A DNA stretch of 64,000 nucleotides from Piromyces finnis finn. Taxonomy: Eukaryota > Fungi > Neocallimastigomycota. Below the pieces are notes generated by a model. It saw nothing but the letters and a program-made list of their open reading frames with translations. It did no database searches and had not been told where the DNA came from. The position numbers and the translations under genes are program-made. Position 1 is the stretch's first letter, and each line of letters starts with the position of its first letter. The stretch lies in NCBI GenBank assembly GCA_002104945.1, contig MCFH01000001.1:558001-622000 (forward strand), given 5' to 3'. Shown piece by piece: positions 42,901 to 62,647 of this stretch.

Positions 42901-45572
42901 AAAAATACGTAAAGCGTCATTCTCATTTTTATTAATAAACCGCAAAACAATTTCTTCAAATGATATTGAATGAATTTGTGCATAATATTCAGCAGAAAGA
43001 TTATAACGTTGTTGTGAATAATAGTAATCTGCTTGTGAAGTTAAGACTTTATCCTTTTGGGATTCATTCTATTTTATATTTAATAATATAAAATTTATTA
43101 ATAATACGATTTAATATTTTAAATTAAAATTAATACCTATTACAGTGTAATATATTTATTTTTTTTTTTTTTTTTTTTTTTTTTGTTTTGTTTTAAATAC
43201 CTTTGTAAATGATAAAGCAGCATCAAACATCTTTTGCTTCAAATATATTTGCCATACATTTCTATCTTCATCAGTTATTAAAATTTCGTATAAGGAATGT
43301 GTAGTGAAAAGCCAATATGAATCTTTAATAAAATCCATTTTAAGACCAAGTATTTTTTCATCTTGTTCCTAAAAAATTATTTGATATTTGCATTAAGAAT
43401 ATATTATATAATTATATAAAATACAATTTTTTTTTCATATACAAAAAAAAAAAAAAATAAAATATTAAAAAAAAAAAAAAAAAAAAAAGAAGGAAAATGG
43501 TAATATTTACTAATGGTATATCTTCTTCATAAATAATAGAATCATCTAAATTACACATAGCCTTTATTTTTTTCTTATATAGTAATAATGTATGGAATTG
43601 GGTAATGGCAACAGAAAGAGGTATGGACTCTACTGGTTTTGTTACCTTGTTTTCTGCTTTAACATATTCTTCTGGATATCTTATTTATAAATATAAGATA
43701 ATACCATCATATCAATTAAATGTTTTCAAATTATTTATAATTATTATTATTATTGTTGTTTTCAAGCTTAACACTTACGACACCAGTCTAGAATTATTAA
43801 TAACGCTTCCACCAGATTTTTGAGAACCAAAAATTAATTCACCAGTATACATTCCTTTACCAGTAGTCCAAACAAATTGTTTTGGAATACTAGGCCAACC
43901 ATTTTCATGAAATTGACTTCTGAAATGACATTCGCTATTTTTATGAAAACTAATTATTTCTTTTTCATCTTTATTTAATTATAAAACAATAAAAATTATT
44001 AGTTTATTAATTATTAAGTTTTGAAAAAACATCAATATTTATATTGAAATAAAAAAAATTTTTAAATTTACTTGGTGTATTATTTTGGAATAATTCAGAA
44101 AACATGCCACCTTCATTATTATCAACATCTGAGGAAATATCACCAATAAATTGATATAATTTAATTGGAGTGGCTACAATTACAACATATTTTCTTGGAT
44201 CAGTCGGGAAAGCTTCAAATCTTAATCCTGTAATAGAAAGCATTTCATCATTAAATGAATATACCTTTTTAATATTTAAATAAAAAAAAAAAAAGAATTT
44301 TTTTTTTTTTGTTACTATATTATTATTTTTATACATGCTTAGATATTCAATAACATTATGTTATATAATTGTTATAATGTTTTTTTTTTTTTTTTTCAAG
44401 TATAAATATGAGTATTGTTGTGGTTTCAATTTCTCCTCAAATATATAATTACCTGTTTAAAGTAACGTTCTTCTCTTTTAAAAAATTCATCTGTTGGTTG
44501 GATTTCCGCTTCAAAAATTTTACCATTATTTGTACCAATAAGTATTAAACCAGTAGAATTATCATTTAATGATGGCTTTCCTCTCCAGGCAATGGATTGA
44601 ATATTAATACCCTAATTTAATTTGAATGAAATAATATTTTAATATTACACCTCAGGAATTATTTTATTTTGATTTTTTTTTTTTTATTTGATTATAAGAT
44701 AGCTCTATTAAACTATTGTGTATTTTGTTTAAACATTGATTTCATTTATATTATGAAACATACTCTAAATTTTGACATTAATTTTGGTTTTTTCCATTTT
44801 TCATATAGATAATATGTATCTTCACTCTCGGTTACAATAATTAAGTGTTTACCCGTTGGATCCAAAAAAATTTTTTTAATTGCATCACCAGTTTTTTTTT
44901 GTATAATTTCAATGTCTATTATTAATATGATTAAATTTCATTGGAATATTTTATTATTAAATAAAATAAAGAAAATTTGAATTTCGAAATTAGACTTTTT
45001 CTTAGAATTTCTTATATTTTAAAAGAAAGAGAAAAAAAAATACCTTCAACTTGATAAATTTCACCTAAATCTATACGAAGTATACGATTTTTATTTATTA
45101 CAACAGCTAGAATATTATTACTAACTTGTAATGCTCCAATTTCACCGGGAAATTGATATTGAACTTTATCTAAAGTAAATATTGGTGCTTCTTCAAGTTT
45201 TAATTCAGTAGGTTTAATCAATGAAGATTCCAACTATTTTTCGAAATTTCAGAAAATTACATATTTAAATTGAATATATGTATGTAGCATTTGGTTTAAT
45301 TATAAATGGAAATGCGTATTAATAATATTAAAAATAGTATAATATATAAAATGAAATCAATTTCGTTATTCTAAATGTACAATTCATTATTTGAAAATTC
45401 GAAAAAATAAATAAACGTATATTTTTATATATGTAATAATAAAATAATTTTGTACCAATGAAGTTGAAGGTTGAGTATTTATATCTAATTTGGATGTTGG
45501 TATATAATCTGGATAATCTTCTACTTCATTTATAATTGGAATTATAGAAATTTCTTCATCAAAATGGTTCAT
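39991..45572 (-). CDS. VPS18: HOPS/CORVET subunit Vps18 (Pep3), many exons
   Basis: N-terminal propeller exons (FTLDKVQY..., ITGLRFEAFP...YVVIVATPIKLYQFIG), a clathrin-repeat region, the C-terminal RING CRICNKTLLTRQFYIFPCQHLFHADCL...ECPLCGDTMISSIDIPF and a stop at 39991. The start codon is tentative. Confidence 0.9.
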
Positions 45573-46721
45573 ATTGAGTATTAAAATATTATTATATTCC
45601 AAAAGTGAATTTTATTTTTTATTTTTTTTTTTTTTTAATGAAAATTATATTCTTCAAAACCTTTTCTTTAATTTAAATTTAATAAATGTATATAAAGCCA
45701 GCTATTGTTTATAATGATTTTAAATTAATAATTATGTATTATTTATTAAGGAATTTAAGTTGCAATTAAGAAATTCAAAATATTTCATATATTACTTTTT
45801 TCCTATCCCAATTATTTATAATGTTTTTTTATTGTTGATGCTTATTTTTTTTTGTCTATTTAACATTGTTGATTATTAAAAAAAATCCCCCAAACAATTT
45901 AATATCATTTAAAATAATTATAATTTAAAAGAAAAGTAGATATATATATATATATATAATAAATTAATTATTTAAAATCATATATAATAATAATAAATAT
46001 ATTTTATGTGTTAAACCTTTTTTATATATGCTAGTTTTCTTTGAATTTTTAATTCAAACAAGATACAATTTTAATCTTACAATTCACTTTCTACCAACTG
46101 GTCTTTACTACTATTTTTTTTCCATTCAAGGTTAAAAAAGGGTATGAATTTTAAATTATAGATTAATTTAATAAATATTTATTTTTTTAATTTATTTTTT
46201 ATCCTTATCTAACATGGAAAAAATCCATTTTTTATAAATTTAAAATTTATTATTAATTAAAGTTTAAAAAAAAAGATTATAATTAAAAATTAAAAAAAAA
46301 AAAAATGTTTATTATATTTTTATATATATATATTTAATATGCACAGCAACTATAAAATAAAAACAAAATTATAACATTATAAAAAAGACCTATAGATAAT
46401 TTAAAAAGTTATTATATATAGTGATATATATGTGAAAAAAAGCAAAATATTGAAAATATGATATTAATACTACAATTGTAAAAGGAAAAAAAAAAAGTAT
46501 TTCAATAATATTAAAAAAAAAAAAAATATTTAATAAGAAAAATTCTTCCAAAACATCAAAAAAAAAAAAAAAAAAAAAAAGGATAAAGTAATAATATTAA
46601 AAGCAAAAATAAGAAAATATTTAAATCAGTTTTTTTTTATTTTAATAAATTGAGAAAATACGAACAGAAATAGAAAGTATCGAAAACGAAAAAAGAAAAA
46701 AAAAATTGAAGCTATATAAAA

Positions 46722-48450
46722 ATGGATAGAAATAATTATGAAGAGTTAGAAGAAACAGAAACATTTATATATGATGAACGTAAAAAAAAAAATCAATGGT
46801 CTATTAAGCAGGCCAAAATCAAGGCCATTGAATTTATTAAAGAAATAGAATCCAAGGGTATTAAAAAGTAATCATTTATTAAAATTGATAATACAAAAAA
46901 ATAAAATAATAATGATACTAAAAAAAAAAAAAAACAATTGTATTATTTAAAATGTGTTGAAAGTTTTAAAAACAATTTTTTTTAATAAGCATCTCTTTCT
47001 TAATTTTCGATATAATTTTTATACAATAATAATTTGATTAATATAGAAATGATGATAAAATGTTTATTACCAAAGAAATAGAAAAACGAATGAAAGCAGA
47101 AAAAAAAGAAGAAGAAAAAAAACATTATTCACCTTTTAGAAAATTTTGTAAAATTGTAGCACATGTAAGAAAAAAAAAATCGTAATAATAATGAAAATTA
47201 AATATTAATATCTATAATGATTATTGTTATTAAGATTAAATTTTTTTTAATTAATAATGTATATTATATAAATAATGTATATTATATACATATATATATG
47301 TGGGTGGGTGGTTACAACAATTTTTATCAATATTTTGATTTTATTTTCTTATAACAGTCATCCTATTTCAATACATTTATTATGCTTATTATTTTAGCTA
47401 ATGTAATTACGATTGCATTGGAAACAGAAGAATTGGCACATAAAGAAATTGGAGCTTCCTCCTCTCCATTTTATCACTATATTGATAATATTTATCTTTC
47501 CATTTATACTTTTGAATTCTTTTTAAAATGGTTTGCAGATAGGGCAGAATACTGGAAAAATGGTTATAATATTTTTGATTTTCTTGTTTTATTAGTATCT
47601 TATGTTACTTGGGTTATCGGTATGATGGGATCTCTTTCAACTAAATTCTCTTTCCTTCGTGTTTTAAGAGGTAAAAAAATAAATAAATATATAATGACAC
47701 TCTATCAGCTTATTAAAATAAATCAATATATAAAATATTAAAATGGGATAAAAAAAAAAAACGGATAATATATAACAAAAAAATAATTTTTATTTTAATT
47801 AAATATATATCTATTATATATCTATTATTTTTTTTTAAAAAAAAAAAAATAAATAAATAATTTTATATCTAAATAGCTTTAAGAGCCCTTCGTTCATTCC
47901 GTTCAATTTCATTTATTCATAACTTACAAGTTATTGTTAATGCTTTGACTCAAACCTTAAAGAATGATATTATTGATGTTATTTTAATGCTTTTACTTAT
48001 TATGTTTGTATTTGCAGTATCAGGAGTTTATTTCTTTGGTCAAGATCCTCATAATACAGACGCTTATAATTCTTGGCATAGCATAGGAAAATCATTTTAT
48101 GTCATTTGGGTTTTAGTTACGGTAAATATCATATTATTCTTTATTTATTTAATAATATTATTATTCTTATAAAATAAAATAGATGTGTTTTCATTATTAA
48201 ATTGTAAAATTACATTTATACAAATATATTATTTGCATTAAATTATATCATTCTAGTCTGATGGTTGGACGGCGTATTCCTATGAAATTGAACAATACGG
48301 TTATAATATGCATCAATTTTTCTTTGTTATTTTCATTTTCATTGGTAATATGATTTTCACTAATATTTTCATTGCTATTATTTGTCAAGTATGAAGTTAT
48401 ATATAATAATTAAAATATTTTATTATTATTCTATTAAATTTTTAAAAATT

Positions 48451-48493
<43 letters not shown>

Positions 48494-49314
48494 ATAATAA
48501 TAATAATAATAATAGTAATAATAGTATAATAATATTAATTATTTATATATATATATATATTCTTATTTAACCACCCTCCTTCTCTCTATTTTATCATTAT
48601 ATCTTTTTTTTCCTCATTAGAATATTGATAATGCTACTAATAAAGATAAAGCTATTCAAAAACATAAATTAATATTATCAAGAAAAGAAAAGCAAGATTT
48701 CTTCTTAAAGAAACAAAGAGAAGATATGGAAAAGTTAATTTCAAAAAAGGTATAATAATATTATTTAAGAATAACAATAATAATAATAATAGTTTTTATT
48801 CATAATGATAACAATAACAATAGATGATAAAAAAGAATTATTAATAATTTATATTTATATATATATTATATAATTATTATTCAATAAAATTATGATTTCC
48901 ATTTTTTTCACATATTTTTTAAATTCTTTTTTTTTTTTTTTATTTTCAAACGATATAAATTTATTTTAAAAAGAAATTTCTTAAAGATGGTGATATGCAA
49001 GAACTTTTACAAAAAGCTGCTGGTAAATTAAGACATGAAGATATGATTCCAATGTCTTATTTGGCTTGTTCATTATTATGGATGGAAACTTATTTAGTAA
49101 CATTAAATTATCATGAAAATACAATGTATAGGTAATGCTTTTTTTTTTTATAGTTGAATGAATAATTTTTTTTTCATTATTATTATATTATATACTTAAT
49201 TCTTTTTTTTTTTTTTTTATAAACAATTATATAATATATAGATCACAACAAGCACACTTTCATATCGCTAATACTCTCTGTGAATTAGTTGATAGACAAA
49301 TAAATGATTCATAA
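46722..49314 (+). CDS. CATSPER3: CatSper3-like cation channel alpha subunit, 8 exons (46722-46867, 47047-47164, 47358-47670, 47877-48121, 48257-48388, 48621-48749, 48974-49131, 49242-49314)
   Basis: A single 6-TM domain: S1 FNTFIMLIILAN, WKNGYNIFDFLVL, S4 FLRVLR|ALRALRSFR, pore LVT|SDGW and S6 IFTNIFIAII. The C-terminal coiled coil and tail LRHEDMIP...CSLLWMETYLVTLNYHENTMYRSQQAHFHIANTL resemble the CATSPER3 tail as I recall it. Confidence 0.82.
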
Positions 49315-49943
49315 TAATTTTTTTATTTTTTATAATACTTATATTTATAATTATATTACTATTATTATATATACCTTTTATTACTACTTTTATAAATTTA
49401 AATAATTTATGTAGTATAATACTTTAGAAAATGAAAATTCATATACATTAGATAAGCACATTTCCAATTAAAAATAAAAAAAAAGTAGAAAAACATACAT
49501 TTATTAATTGAAATTTAATTATTTTTTTTATTTATTTTTATTATCTTTATTAAATATAATTTACATGATATTAACGGACTTCTTTTATTATTATTATTAT
49601 TATTATGAAATATTATACATTATTGATAAAAAAAAATACCATCACCATTGTATCATTTATTTATTTTATTAATTGTCAATAAAACACGACAAAAAACAAG
49701 AAATCATTATTATTCATATCTTATAACCCAAATTATATAATTTCATTTATACGAAAGAAATATATACTATTTTTTATTTATTTATTTATTTATTTGAATT
49801 ATTATCCAAAAAAAAAAAAAAAAAAGGGAATTTTTTATTATTGTTATTGTTATTATTTTTGTTGTTGTTTCATTTTTTTTTTTTTCATTTTTTTATTTGT
49901 TTATTTGTTTTCATTTTAATTTTGCTATCGTTCTATCATTATT

Positions 49944-55660
<5,717 letters not shown>

Positions 55661-57784
55661 AATTTTAAAATAAAATAAATATAATGTTATTTTTGATAAT
55701 GAATGTATGATTCATTTAATAAAATTAAAAATTACAATTTTGAAAATAAATGAATATTTTAAAGAATAATTTTGAGTTTATTTATCCATAGTTTCATTTA
55801 ATATAAATATTGTTTTATATATATTGTTAAAAAAAAAAAGTAGTTTTTAAATAAGAAGAATATAAAATATATATTTTTGAAATTGGCATTTTAAATTTCC
55901 ATTTTTATTTGAAATGTAAATTTATATATTATTATATATATATATAAAGACGTTTTTCTTTAGTTATCATTAGAATATTATTTATTACAAATAGTTTACA
56001 ATATATGTATATAAAGAAAAGTTTTTTAAAAAAAAAAAAATAAATTCTATATAAATTTATAGTTACCAAAATCATCCATATTATAATTTAATACTATTTC
56101 CTCCTTCCAATTATATATAAAATGTTCTATTAATATTTATGAAATATTTTTAATTAAATTGACAATTTCTTTTTATATATATATATATATTTATATAGTA
56201 AGAAAATTTTCTTGTGAGTATTATTTAACAGTTAACGTTTAAGTTTTTGTTTTTTGGTTTTTGGTTTTTTTTTTTTTTATTTAAAAAAATGTTTTCCTTA
56301 ACTTTTAAACTTTATTTTTAATTTTAATTTATAATACTTGCAGGTTAATTATTTATTATAAATTTTAATCCAATTTAAAATATATTTTTTTAATATATAA
56401 AAATATACTTTTACCAGAAAATTTAAGAAATAAAAATTAAAAAAAAAAAGGTAAAAGTAAAGAATAATGAAATATTACAATATGCAAATAATATGATCTA
56501 GTAAAAATACACAGTTTTTGGAGGGGTTGGTTCTGAAAATAGGAATCCTTGTTAATCTTTGTTAATAGTTTTATTTATTATAAAATAATAAATAAAATTA
56601 TTATTTAAACTTTTTTGAAGTAATTATTTTTAAGCTTTTCCTATTTATAAAAAATAATAATGAATACTAAAATGTACACTTTTCATCATAAAAAAAGAGA
56701 GCGAAAGAGGAGGGGGTTAGTCATTTTAATTAAGAAAAAAAAAAAAAGACCACAATTCAATTCAATTGTATAATAATTGTAGTTATTATCTATTGAAACT
56801 CAAACATCAAGGATCAAATTTTTATTATTAATGGCACTTGTTCCAACTACCCTTATCATACTATTTCTTTAACACCTTCACTGCTTTTAAGTGATGAAAA
56901 TCTTTTTTTTTTTTTAAAAAAATTTAAATATAGTCTTTATTTATATTTATATATTTATTTATTTACAAATAAAAGTTCTATAGGTTTAATGAATTTCTCT
57001 AATAAAAATTAATATAAAAATTGAAATATTTTAAAATATTGGTAAAAACCATTACACCTCCGTAGCCATAAAAGATAACTAACCCTAAAGAAATAATTTA
57101 ATAGTTGTTTTTTGTTTTCTTTTTAAAAGTGTATTTTTTTAAATATATTCACTTTTATATTTATTTATAAAAATAAATTGAATGTTATGATGATATATAT
57201 AAAGAATTATTTTATATGGATTATTTTTTAATCCTTTTTTTTTTTTTTTTCTATCCTCTCTTTAAAGATTTTGATTTTATATTTTTTTTTTATTTTTTAT
57301 TTATTTTTTTTTTTCTACCTTTAAAGAATGAATATGAAAAATATTTTTTTGTTATATTATCATTTTATTATTCATGTTCTTCCTTAACCTCGAACATTGA
57401 TCATTGATGCGTTTGTTTTTAATGATTAATGAATATAATTTTTAAAATGAAAATAAATATTATTATTAAAAATACAATTTTTTACATCATACGATAATAA
57501 CTTTGGATATAAAAAAATATATTACAAAATAATATCTTTAAAAAAAAATCAATTTTTTTCAAAATAAATTATTTTCATTTTGTTTCAAAAAAAAATTAAA
57601 AAATATATAATATATAATAATATATATAACAACTGAATTAATAATACAAAAAAAAATTAAATATTGCTTAATAATAAAATATATGAGATCTGTTATGGCA
57701 TTCTGATTTAGGGTTGAATGAAATTTAATTTCATAAAAAAAACAAGAATTAAAATATTTATAGATATTTAACATTTAAATTTAC

Positions 57785-58552
57785 TTAGTTGGTTGGGAGA
57801 GAAGCAAAGCCAGCTTTGTTCCAAACTGGAACAGAAGATAAGAATGAAACACCTCTAGAAGCTCTTCTAGCACGTCTTTCTTGGCATTTCTTTGAGCTAA
57901 CTCTCTTTGGAATAGCAGTGAACTTACCGTTTCTAATTAATTCACTACCAATAACATTTTGTTCAGCACGGCATAAACAGCAAGTTGGGAAAATACCATC
58001 GAATTTAGTAGATAAATTACGACCAAGAGTGTAACCATCATTGAAACATTCCTTAACACAAACTAAATCACCGCGTCTTAAAATAATTTCATCAGAATGC
58101 TTTGGAGTCCAAGAAACCATACATTTGTAAGCTCTGTTTTTAGCTAAAGAATAGTTTTCAGCTTCGCTAGTTTCACTTAAAAGAACTTCCATTTCAACAA
58201 CACATTCATTAGAAGCATTGGCTTCCTTAGCAGTAACAAGACCTGGAATCTTTGGAATTTCTGGTAACTTAAATTTCATATCCTTCTTGTAATTTTTGTA
58301 ACCAACACCAACAATTAAAGCAAAGGCAACACCAGAAATAGCAACACCAGTAAAGCTAGAACCTTCCTTTTCATTTGATTCAGCTGATTCTTGTTCAACT
58401 GGAGCCATTTGACTTTGAATAATAGCTTCTTCTCTTTCATATTCAGCTATACTTTCTGGATTATTTAAGCGTGGTTCTTCATTGTTGTATTGAGCAAGAG
58501 CTGATTTAAGAATAATAGCGACAAATAAAGCAATAATGTAGAAAGATTTCAT
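57785..58552 (-). CDS. Type I single-pass membrane protein with a cytosolic SH3 domain, single exon
   Basis: Signal peptide MKSFYIIALFVAIILKSALA, short acidic ectodomain, TM GVAISGVAFALIVGVGY followed by KNYKK, and SH3-like YKCMVSWTPKHSDEIILRRGDLVCVKECFNDGYTLG...DGIFPTCCL. GC-rich codon usage relative to the flanks. Confidence 0.85.
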   Translation of the reverse strand: MKSFYIIALFVAIILKSALAQYNNEEPRLNNPESIAEYEREEAIIQSQMAPVEQESAESNEKEGSSFTGVAISGVAFALIVGVGYKNYKKDMKFKLPEIPKIPGLVTAKEANASNECVVEMEVLLSETSEAENYSLAKNRAYKCMVSWTPKHSDEIILRRGDLVCVKECFNDGYTLGRNLSTKFDGIFPTCCLCRAEQNVIGSELIRNGKFTAIPKRVSSKKCQERRARRASRGVSFLSSVPVWNKAGFASLPTN

Positions 58553-60903
58553 TTTGACGATTTTATTTTATTTAATCTTTTTAAGTATAATATCAACATT
58601 ATTTAAATAAAGAAAATTAATACCTTTTCCTTTTATTTTATATTTTATTGCATATTGATTTGTTTAATGTATTATATTTAATTACCTATAAATAAATATT
58701 ACACTGATAAAAATTATTTTTTATATTTCTGTAAATATTTCCTTTATATTTGTCTTGAATCTAAAATAAATATAGTGTTTACAAAAAATATATATATTAT
58801 TTGTTAATATATTTTTAATTTTTAAATAAAAAATAGTTTTTTTAATATTCATTCATATTTTATTTGTTGAATTAGCATTTTTTTTATAAAGATCAAGTAA
58901 TATTTTGCATATATCTTGTTATGATTATTAATTATAATTTATATATTTATATAGGTATATTTTTACTTTTTGATATTTACTTTTTATATATAAAAAATAT
59001 GACTAGCAAGATTTAATATAGTGGAAATATTTGATAAATCTCTTTATTTTATTATTATTAATTTTTTTTGATTTATTTTGATTTTTCTTGTTTTTTTTTT
59101 TACTTTAAATAAAAAAAATAAAAAGAAAAATTATAGGCGTATGGCTTATGAAAAAATATATATTTTTAAAAAAATAATACTGTAGTCTATTTTATATTAA
59201 ACACCTAAAAAGCTGTTTCATATAATTTTTATTATGTTTTAAACTTTAAAGTTTTTTTTTTTATTTCTTTAAAAGAATAAATTAAATGTGATAATGAAGG
59301 TAAAAATAAAAAAAAAATTTAAAATTTTTTAGTCATTTTATTTATTTTATATATGATTCTAAGTTTTTTTTTATTATTTAATTAAATAGAATAATAATAA
59401 TATATAGTGATATATAGTGTATACAAAATCAATTCTATTATAATAATATATTCCTCAATCGATTTAATTTTATAAAATAAAATAAAAATGTTAATTTGCG
59501 TTTTAAATTAATGTTTTAAAAAAATAGAAAATGATTAAATTAAAAAAAGTAAAATATATATTTATTATATTAAAATAATATATTGATTAATTTATTTTTA
59601 CATATGGATACAATGTAGTAAAAAAAATTTATTTGTTTTCAATTCGTTTTAAAATAAATTGAATTGATTCAATTAATTAATCATATAATAGCAATAAAGT
59701 TGTAATATAGGAATAATACTTAATTTAATAATAAATAAAGTTTATTTTTGATATATCGATGGTTGCGGCTGTTGATTAATAAATGGTACAAATTAATTAT
59801 GGTAAAGAAGTACAAATAAATTTTATTTAATTTAATTATTAATATTAAATTCTAATTAAAAAAAAAAAGATATTAATATATTTCAGTATATATATAAATA
59901 TTTTATCAATTTTTAGTTCATATATTAAAAGATAAAAAAATCAATTAATATATATTTAAATTATATAATTGTAATATAATATTAAAAATAAAATATAATT
60001 AAAAACACAAAAACCCAACGCTTAGATTATAATTATTTAGTATGGGAAGAAAAAAATGGTAAATGTAGGAAATAAGATCGCTTGTATCATGCCTAGTTTC
60101 ATTAAAATACATCTGCTGCTCTATCTTTTCTTAATATTATTACCAATATTGTAAAAATATAATTCCAACTTTTTTAAATTTTATGACTTTTTAATGAAAT
60201 AAATACTCATTTCATTGGTTTAACTATTCTCAATATCATAAACTTTACTACTTATTCATTTCATGTTACTACACCCTTAAAATGATACAAGCATAAATAG
60301 GATAGTATCAAAAAAAAAAAAAAATACCAAATTTAAATAATAATAAAATTTTAAATTATAATAAAAAAAAAAAAGGAAATTTCTAATAAATAGCTACTAT
60401 CAATACCTTTCAATATTTTCCCATATTTATATATATCAAAATTAATATTTTATTAAAAAATGATATTTATAGGAAAATTTAATTAATAAATTAATATAAA
60501 AATTGTTATTTAAAAATGTTGATCATTTTTTATAGTAAAATTTTCACATTCTCATACCACAAAAATAGCAAAAGAAATAAAGGTAGTGAAAGAAATAACA
60601 AAACAATAATAGTCACTTCTTTTTTAAGTATTATTATAAGGATAACAAGTCCTCAAAATAAATATTTTATCAACAAAAGGTACATAGATCACATTAGTAT
60701 TATCCACCTATTTAAAATTTTCAAAACTCTTTCTTTTAAAAAAAAGTTACAATATTAAACTATCAAACTTTAATTATTATGATTTATTCCTGTTATTATT
60801 AATTTATTATTTTTAGAATGTTTTAATATTTAATTAAAAAAATGAGTTAACAGTTTTTAATCTTTTAAAAAAAAAAAGAGGACTACTTTAAAGCACGTTT
60901 TTC

Positions 60904-60934
<31 letters not shown>

Positions 60935-61489
60935 TATATTTCTTCTTTATTGTCATTAAAGGTACGTGTATTTTTAATACACTTTAAAGACATATATAAC
61001 AATTATCTATTATTATTTTTTATTAGAGCGGAATAGAAAAATATATAATGTGATATTTTGACATAATTTTAATTCCAATAATATTTGATGATGGATTATT
61101 TGTAGTATAAAAAGATCAAATATAATATTAACCTTAGTCCTATCATATCCACACATCTCATCTTTATTCTTTTTACTTTTTTTTAATCTATATACATATA
61201 ATCTAATGGTGGTGGGGATGGTGGTAATTTTCAGACTATATCCATAAATCATCTAATTTAATTAATAACATTAATGTAATGTATTTAGTAATGTATTTAT
61301 TATGAATTGTATACATTTTTGTGTATCCTAAGAATTAGAAATTTTATTTTGAAAAGAACCATTCACAACCACCCCTGAAATAAATTAAAACCAATAAAAT
61401 TCATGAAATTTCATATAATATAAACTTTAAATTATTGTAACAAGATTTACATTAAAAAAAAACTTTAAATGTGTAACAATATATTTTTA

Positions 61490-61660
61490 CCACCACATTA
61501 CCATAATCATTACCACTTCATTACCATAATTATTACTCTATTACATTACCACTACATCATCATTACTCTATTGCATCGTTACTACATCATTACTATATTC
61601 TATTTTTAATTATTACTACATTACTACTTATTTTTGCACTCGTAACTCATTACACCATTA
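61490..61660. repeat. Degenerate CATTAC/CATTACT-rich minisatellite-like tract
   Basis: Recurrent cattacc, cattact and tactacat units upstream of PFL. Confidence 0.55.
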
Positions 61661-62578
61661 TTATTTTTTATTGTTTTTTTTTATTATGAATATCCCTTTG
61701 ATGTAACATTTCCTTTAGTTTAATTCATCCCATTTAAACAAGGTACAAATTTATTAGAATTTGAGGTTAGACAATCGATTAAAAAATAAATTAACAATAT
61801 TTCATTATTAATTAGTTTTAAGAATACTTTAATACATTTTCTATTTTCTTTTATAATGGAATAAACTGTACAATTTCAAATGGCGTTTTTAACTATAATT
61901 GTAAAAATTACTTTAGGGTAGAAACAATATCTGATTTATAATTTTAAATGATATATAAAAAAAATATAAAATTAATTATGAGTAATTTCAAAAAAAAAAA
62001 AAAATATAAATTAAATAATATTATTATTTACTATTCACTATTTATTAGTTATTAATTGGGAAAAAAAAACTTTTCTTTTTATAGAAAATGAAATTATGTC
62101 ACTGGATATCATGTGTATGCACATACATTAATGTGATTTATATTAAATATATGATAATTATTTAAAGTCAGTTATTATATTCCATATTTACCCATACCCA
62201 CTATTAACAATAATTACTGATGATTAATAATAAAATTCTTTTAATAATATCAATTTTTTCATTTACTTTGTTTTTTTTTTTTATGGTTTATGATTGCATG
62301 ACTTTTAAATATTAATGTTAGCTTTTTCATTTTGTATATTCATTATTTCATTATCAATTATAATTGAAGAATACTTTAGAAAATGGTCGATTTTAAATCT
62401 AAAAATTTAGGAAAACCTTCCTTAATACATAATGTAATATAAATGTAAACATTAGTGATGACAATGTAATTAGGATATTCTTACTTTAAAATTTTACAAT
62501 TCCATCCAATAAAAAATAAAATAAAAAATTTATCCTTTTTTTCAATTGAAGTAGATAGAGGGATAATGAGTAAAAAAC

Positions 62579-62647
62579 TTGAAAAGGGAATATTAGCGAA
62601 TACTATTAAATAGCATATTCTAGTATTCGCTAATACTCCCTTTTCAA
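62579..62647. repeat. 27-bp inverted repeat with a 15-nt spacer (hairpin)
   Basis: TTGAAAAGGGAATATTAGCGAATACTA (62579-62605) and TAGTATTCGCTAATACTCCCTTTTCAA (62621-62647) pair at 26 of 27 positions. Confidence 0.92.

Noticed and set aside
56500-57100. Purine-rich AGGGG/STRE-like motifs and a TGATGA box suggesting a promoter element or snoRNA
   Set aside because: The motifs are too short, there is no paired C/D box with a terminal stem, and there is no similarity to the snRNAs or tRNAs I know.
57789-58034. 81-aa plus-strand ORF overlapping the TM-SH3 gene (likewise 3763-3966, 31406-31609 and 37288-37491)
   Set aside because: Antisense open frames are expected opposite strongly codon-biased genes, and there is no independent support.
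60079-60294. 11-bp inverted repeat GCTTGTATCAT...ATGATACAAGC as possible MITE ends
   Set aside because: It does not extend, there is no target-site duplication, and it is plausible by chance.
61205-61225. SYGGRG (CreA/Mig1-like) site upstream of PFL
   Set aside because: A single hexamer 2.6 kb from the ATG is not statistically meaningful.
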